In this document: piece by piece, positions 55,352 through 55,664 of the stretch | Numbering within the stretch: position 1 is the stretch's first letter | How the letters are laid out: every line of letters starts with the position of its first letter | Origin: a virus | Taxonomy: Duplodnaviria > Caudoviricetes | IMG/VR virus record: IMGVR_UViG_3300019999_000002 | Span: 1 to 55,664 of that record | Reading direction: 5' to 3' (one strand) | Length of the DNA: 55,664 bases | Position numbers and translations under genes: made by a program | The notes under the pieces: model-generated | Database searches by the model: none | Seen by the model: the letters and a program-made list of their open reading frames with translations, nothing else | Told to the model about the DNA's origin: nothing

Positions 55352-55664
55352 ATGGCAACCCTTCCTAGATTTTCGTTTGGATCAGGTGCAGCAATGCCTT
55401 CTGGTGGTGGGAACTATAATCCCAATCCCGCTCCACGCGGCGGAAATGGGCCATTCGGCGCGGTTCCTGGCCCTGTGGGTTTGCCAAACCCTTCCGGCGA
55501 CCTTTCCGCAGCCTATCCCAATCTCAGCGGTACAAACTCAGCGGTGTCTGGCGATATTCTCGCGGGCCTAAACGGCCAACTATCTCCCGGAACACTCAGA
55601 CAATTACAGGATTACAACGCACAGTACGCTACAGCTTCGGGGATGCCTGGAACCAACGCCATCT
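55352..55664 (+). CDS. 5' part of the junction-spanning probable ejection protein (continues at 1..746)
   Basis: ATG 3 nt after the previous stop; open to the window end and in frame with 21..746. Confidence 0.75.
   Translation, partial: MATLPRFSFGSGAAMPSGGGNYNPNPAPRGGNGPFGAVPGPVGLPNPSGDLSAAYPNLSGTNSAVSGDILAGLNGQLSPGTLRQLQDYNAQYATASGMPGTNAI
55524..55664. repeat. Terminal direct repeat, right copy
   Basis: 140 of 141 positions identical to 1..141. Confidence 0.95.

Noticed and set aside
1-55664. Diversity-generating retroelement, retron or alternative genetic code
   Set aside because: No reverse transcriptase motifs or TR/VR pair seen. Genes are full-length and tightly coupled under the standard code.

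Overview
The window looks like one complete, circularly assembled ~55.5 kb tailed dsDNA phage genome. A 141-bp terminal overlap (1..141 = 55524..55664, one mismatch) joins a single gene across the ends. The layout is podovirus-like: large terminase, portal, probable scaffold and major capsid protein, tail adaptor/nozzle-like genes, three probable ejection proteins, a tail fibre and a holin-like region. It also has a long minus-strand block of small early/middle genes (SSB, VRR-NUC, RNase HI-like, Lar-like, XRE), four free-standing HNH genes and a five-enzyme glycan-modification operon (GT9, GH130-like propeller, two SAM methyltransferases, GT25) between portal and capsid genes. I see no integrase, DNA polymerase, primase/helicase or canonical endolysin. 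Shine-Dalgarno-poor A-rich 'TATG' starts and a TN-rich FN3 protein suggest a Verrucomicrobiota-type host (inference). The main observation is a Mom-like (GNAT-fold) DNA-modification gene (20728..21318, -) whose codons 5-30 are also a complete 76-nt tRNA-Gly(UCC)-like cloverleaf. It keeps the GlyRS identity elements and CCA but has two one-base insertions (anticodon loop, T-stem) expected to keep it out of translation. This is a candidate system in which the enzyme's mRNA carries its own donor tRNA. Two further non-canonical tRNA-like elements lie at 5630..5709 (+) and 7907..7996 (-). All product calls come from motif recognition by eye; no searches were run.
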